The translations under genes and the position numbers were made by a program. Shown in pieces: positions 61,574 through 64,000 of a DNA stretch of 64,000 nt. A model generated the notes under the pieces. That model was not told where the DNA came from, made no database searches, and saw nothing but the letters and a program-made list of their open reading frames with translations. Each line of letters starts with the position of its first letter. The stretch's first letter is position 1. This DNA comes from Sedimentisphaerales bacterium (GTDB lineage Bacteria > Planctomycetota > Phycisphaerae > Sedimentisphaerales > SM23-30): the NCBI GenBank assembly GCA_963663965.2, contig CAXXFK010000029.1, forward strand, positions 1 through 64,000, written 5' to 3'.

Positions 61574-62794
61574 TCAGGATGAGGTTAGGGGTGTGGGTGA
61601 TACGGCTGGATTGGGATTAACGGTGAACCAGTTTTGAGTTTTCAGGCAGAAACGGACGAGCATGAGCATGACCGGTACTTCGATCAAGACTCCAACCACG
61701 GTTGCGAGTGCGGCACCGGAGGAGAGGCCAAAGAGCATGGTGGCGGTGGCGATGGCCACTTCGAAATGGTTGGAAGCGCCGATCATGGCAGTGGGGGCGG
61801 CATCGGGATATTGGAGTTTGAGGAACCGGCTCATGACGTAACCCAGTCCGAAGATCAGAACGGTCTGAAGGAATAATGGAATGGCGATCCAGAGAATAGT
61901 TAGGGGATTGTTAAGAATCGTATCGCCTTTAAAGGAAAAGAGCAGGACCAGGGTGATCAACAGGGCGATGATGGTAATGGGTGTGAGAATATGGAGAAAT
62001 TTTTGCTTGAACCAGTCTACGCCTTTATGGGCGATGATCCATTTTCTGGAGAAGAATCCAGCCAGCAGCGGCAGTGCGACGTATATTGAGATGGACAGTA
62101 AGAGCGCCTGCCAGGGAACCGGCAACCGGCCCACTCCCAGCAGGAAACCGCCCAGCGGGCCGTAGAGGAAGAGCATGGTCAGGGAGTTGATGGCGACCAT
62201 GACCAGGGTATGGCCGTCATTGCCGCGGGCGAGATAGCCCCAGACCAGGACCATAGCGGTACAGGGGGCGATACCAAGCAGGATACACCCGGCCAGATAG
62301 CTGCGCCAGAGCGGCACTTCAAGCATTTTTACGCCATCGATGGCGACTACTGTTCCTTCGCCGTAGGTGGCGCCGATGGGCAGATCGAGTCCAAAGGGCA
62401 TTTTGACATGGTCAACGGCATCGGGGCCGATCAGGCCATGAAAAAGGAAGCCCAGGAAGAAGATGGCGATGGCGTACATGGTAAACGGTTTGATGGCCCA
62501 GTTGATGAACAGGGTGAGGGCGACGGGTTTAATGCTTTTTCCGGCCTGGAGTACTTCTTTAAAATCGATTTTGACCATAATGGGGTACATCATAAAGAAC
62601 AGGCAGATGGCAATCGGGATTGAGACCACGGGGGCGTTGTTGACCGAGATGGCCATGCCATCCAGCGCACGGGCCAGGCCGGGCGCGATTTTGCCCAGCG
62701 CAATCCCGCCAATGATGCAGAGTGCGACCCAGATGGTCAGGTAGCGTTCGAAGATGTTCATGGATTTGGTTGAGGGAATTTCGGGTGTGTTCAT
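61574..62794 (-). CDS. acr3: ACR3 family arsenite efflux transporter
   Basis: [30 protein letters not shown] and GVLIEVPVM motifs. Confidence 0.93.
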   Translation of the reverse strand: MNTPEIPSTKSMNIFERYLTIWVALCIIGGIALGKIAPGLARALDGMAISVNNAPVVSIPIAICLFFMMYPIMVKIDFKEVLQAGKSIKPVALTLFINWAIKPFTMYAIAIFFLGFLFHGLIGPDAVDHVKMPFGLDLPIGATYGEGTVVAIDGVKMLEVPLWRSYLAGCILLGIAPCTAMVLVWGYLARGNDGHTLVMVAINSLTMLFLYGPLGGFLLGVGRLPVPWQALLLSISIYVALPLLAGFFSRKWIIAHKGVDWFKQKFLHILTPITIIALLITLVLLFSFKGDTILNNPLTILWIAIPLFLQTVLIFGLGYVMSRFLKLQYPDAAPTAMIGASNHFEVAIATATMLFGLSSGAALATVVGVLIEVPVMLMLVRFCLKTQNWFTVNPNPAVSPTPLTSS

Positions 62795-62820
62795 ATTATG
62801 TCTTTGATGAAATAAGATAT

Positions 62821-63645
62821 TCAAGATTTATATGCGGTGATGTTAACGCTAATAATATAATTGTTGAGTGTTTCGTTGGGTGGGAGTTCCGTTTTTACCA
62901 GGCGGTAGAGTGGGTCGTTGCAATCGGTCATGATATCCAGGTTATACTGTTTTTCTTCGATCTGAATATCGGTCAGGTTTGCCTGACGGATCAGCGCCCG
63001 TGAATCGTCGATGAGAATGGCGCCGGCAATACAGGCCACGCGGGCAGCCGCGGATTGCCGGATCGACTCTGGCAGCGGTTTTTTCAGGGCCAGATCGGAG
63101 ATACAGGCTTTGCCGCCGGGTTTCAGGACGCGGGCAATTTCGCGCCAGACCTGTGGTTTATCGGGTGAGAGGTTGATGACGCAATTGGAAATGACGACAT
63201 CAATCGAGTTATCAGCAACTGGCAGATGTTCAATTTCGCCCAATCTGAATTCCAAATTGGACAGACCGGTCTGACTGGTAAATATTGAGGTCGCGTTTCT
63301 GGCTTTCCGGAGCATTTCGGGGGTCATATCGACACCGATAGCCCTGCCAGCTGGCCCGATTTTCTGAGCGGCGATAAAGACATCCAGTCCGCCGCCACTG
63401 CCCAGGTCCAGCACTGTCTGGCCGGATTGGAGTTGGGCCAGCGCGGTGGGATTGCCGCAGGACAGGCCCATATCGGCGCCTTGAGGCAGATTGTCAAGAT
63501 CTTCATTGTTATAGCCAAGCGCCTGGGTGAGTTGATTGGAACAGCAATCCCCACTGCCGCAGCAGGAAGCAGATTGCCCTCGGGCAATAGCGGCATAACC
63601 TTGTCGAACGGTATCCCTGATCTGGTCGTTTTGATTGGTATTCAT
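62821..63645 (-). CDS. arsM: Arsenite S-adenosylmethionine methyltransferase
   Basis: [27 protein letters not shown] and CIAGA motifs; the ORF-track start at 63927 runs into arsR, so the real start is ~63645/63657. Confidence 0.9.
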   Translation of the reverse strand: MNTNQNDQIRDTVRQGYAAIARGQSASCCGSGDCCSNQLTQALGYNNEDLDNLPQGADMGLSCGNPTALAQLQSGQTVLDLGSGGGLDVFIAAQKIGPAGRAIGVDMTPEMLRKARNATSIFTSQTGLSNLEFRLGEIEHLPVADNSIDVVISNCVINLSPDKPQVWREIARVLKPGGKACISDLALKKPLPESIRQSAAARVACIAGAILIDDSRALIRQANLTDIQIEEKQYNLDIMTDCNDPLYRLVKTELPPNETLNNYIISVNITAYKS

Positions 63646-63673
63646 GATTGTATCCATTGGTTCAAAGTGCGTG

Positions 63674-64000
63674 TTAATCCGTTTTTGTGTTGCAGGCTGA
63701 ATGTTGCAAACGCTTGAGGTCATCCAGAATGGCCGGGTGATCCAGGAAACAATTTTGCAGGCATTCATGCATGTGGGTGAGCCAGGGGGAATCGGGGTGA
63801 CAGAGTGAATAATAAGACCAGGTACCCTGGCGGCGTGCCTGAACGACACCAGAGGATCGCATGATACCCAGGTGGCGGGAGATTTTATATTCCGGTTCGG
63901 CCAGGGCTTCACAAAGCATGCAGACACATTGTTCGCCTTTGAGCGCCAGTATGACGGCCAGCCTCAGGCGGATGGGATCAGATAATACTTTGAAAAATTT
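63674..64000 (-). CDS. arsR: ArsR/SmtB family repressor (5' end beyond the window)
   Basis: In-frame KFFKVLSDPIRLRL...GEQCVCML...ISRHL...RRQGTWSYYSL. Confidence 0.9.
   Translation of the reverse strand, partial: KFFKVLSDPIRLRLAVILALKGEQCVCMLCEALAEPEYKISRHLGIMRSSGVVQARRQGTWSYYSLCHPDSPWLTHMHECLQNCFLDHPAILDDLKRLQHSACNTKTD

Noticed and set aside
62821..63927. 368-aa ORF as an extended or fused ArsM
   Set aside because: The first ~90 codons are an off-frame reading of arsR; ArsM homology starts near 63645.

Overview
A 64-kb bacterial chromosomal segment, most likely from a Planctomycetota member (Phycisphaerae/Sedimentisphaerales-like). The lineage is inferred from a prepilin-type H-X9-DG protein, a Rhodopirellula/Verrucomicrobium-type ECF sigma factor, two HzsA-like di-heme proteins, PEP-CTERM proteins and a giant beta-helix/LamG/dockerin-like surface protein. 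I saw no rRNA, tRNA, CRISPR array, integrase or intact transposase. The coding content covers surface-glycan genes, CAZymes, a malic enzyme, a TetR-regulated RND efflux operon, ABC-F, MATE, DUF285 repeat proteins, LspA and the end of an arsR-arsM-acr3-arsC operon. Six structures stand out. (1) A 1.4-kb AT-rich cassette (toxin-like fragment plus immunity-like gene) is bracketed by 28-bp inverted REP-like repeats, next to two possible RAYT 3'-end relics. (2) An AcrB-type RND pump is fused in frame, through an internal lipoprotein signal peptide, to its own outer-membrane factor. (3) A ~105-bp MITE-like repeat occurs seven times and brackets single genes. (4) A second, 188-bp hairpin MITE has a TTAA target duplication. 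(5) A 3-kb islet is bounded by a duplicated lspA 3' end. (6) A DUF285 repeat gene is split by a frameshift. All calls come from reading motifs by eye; no database searches were run.
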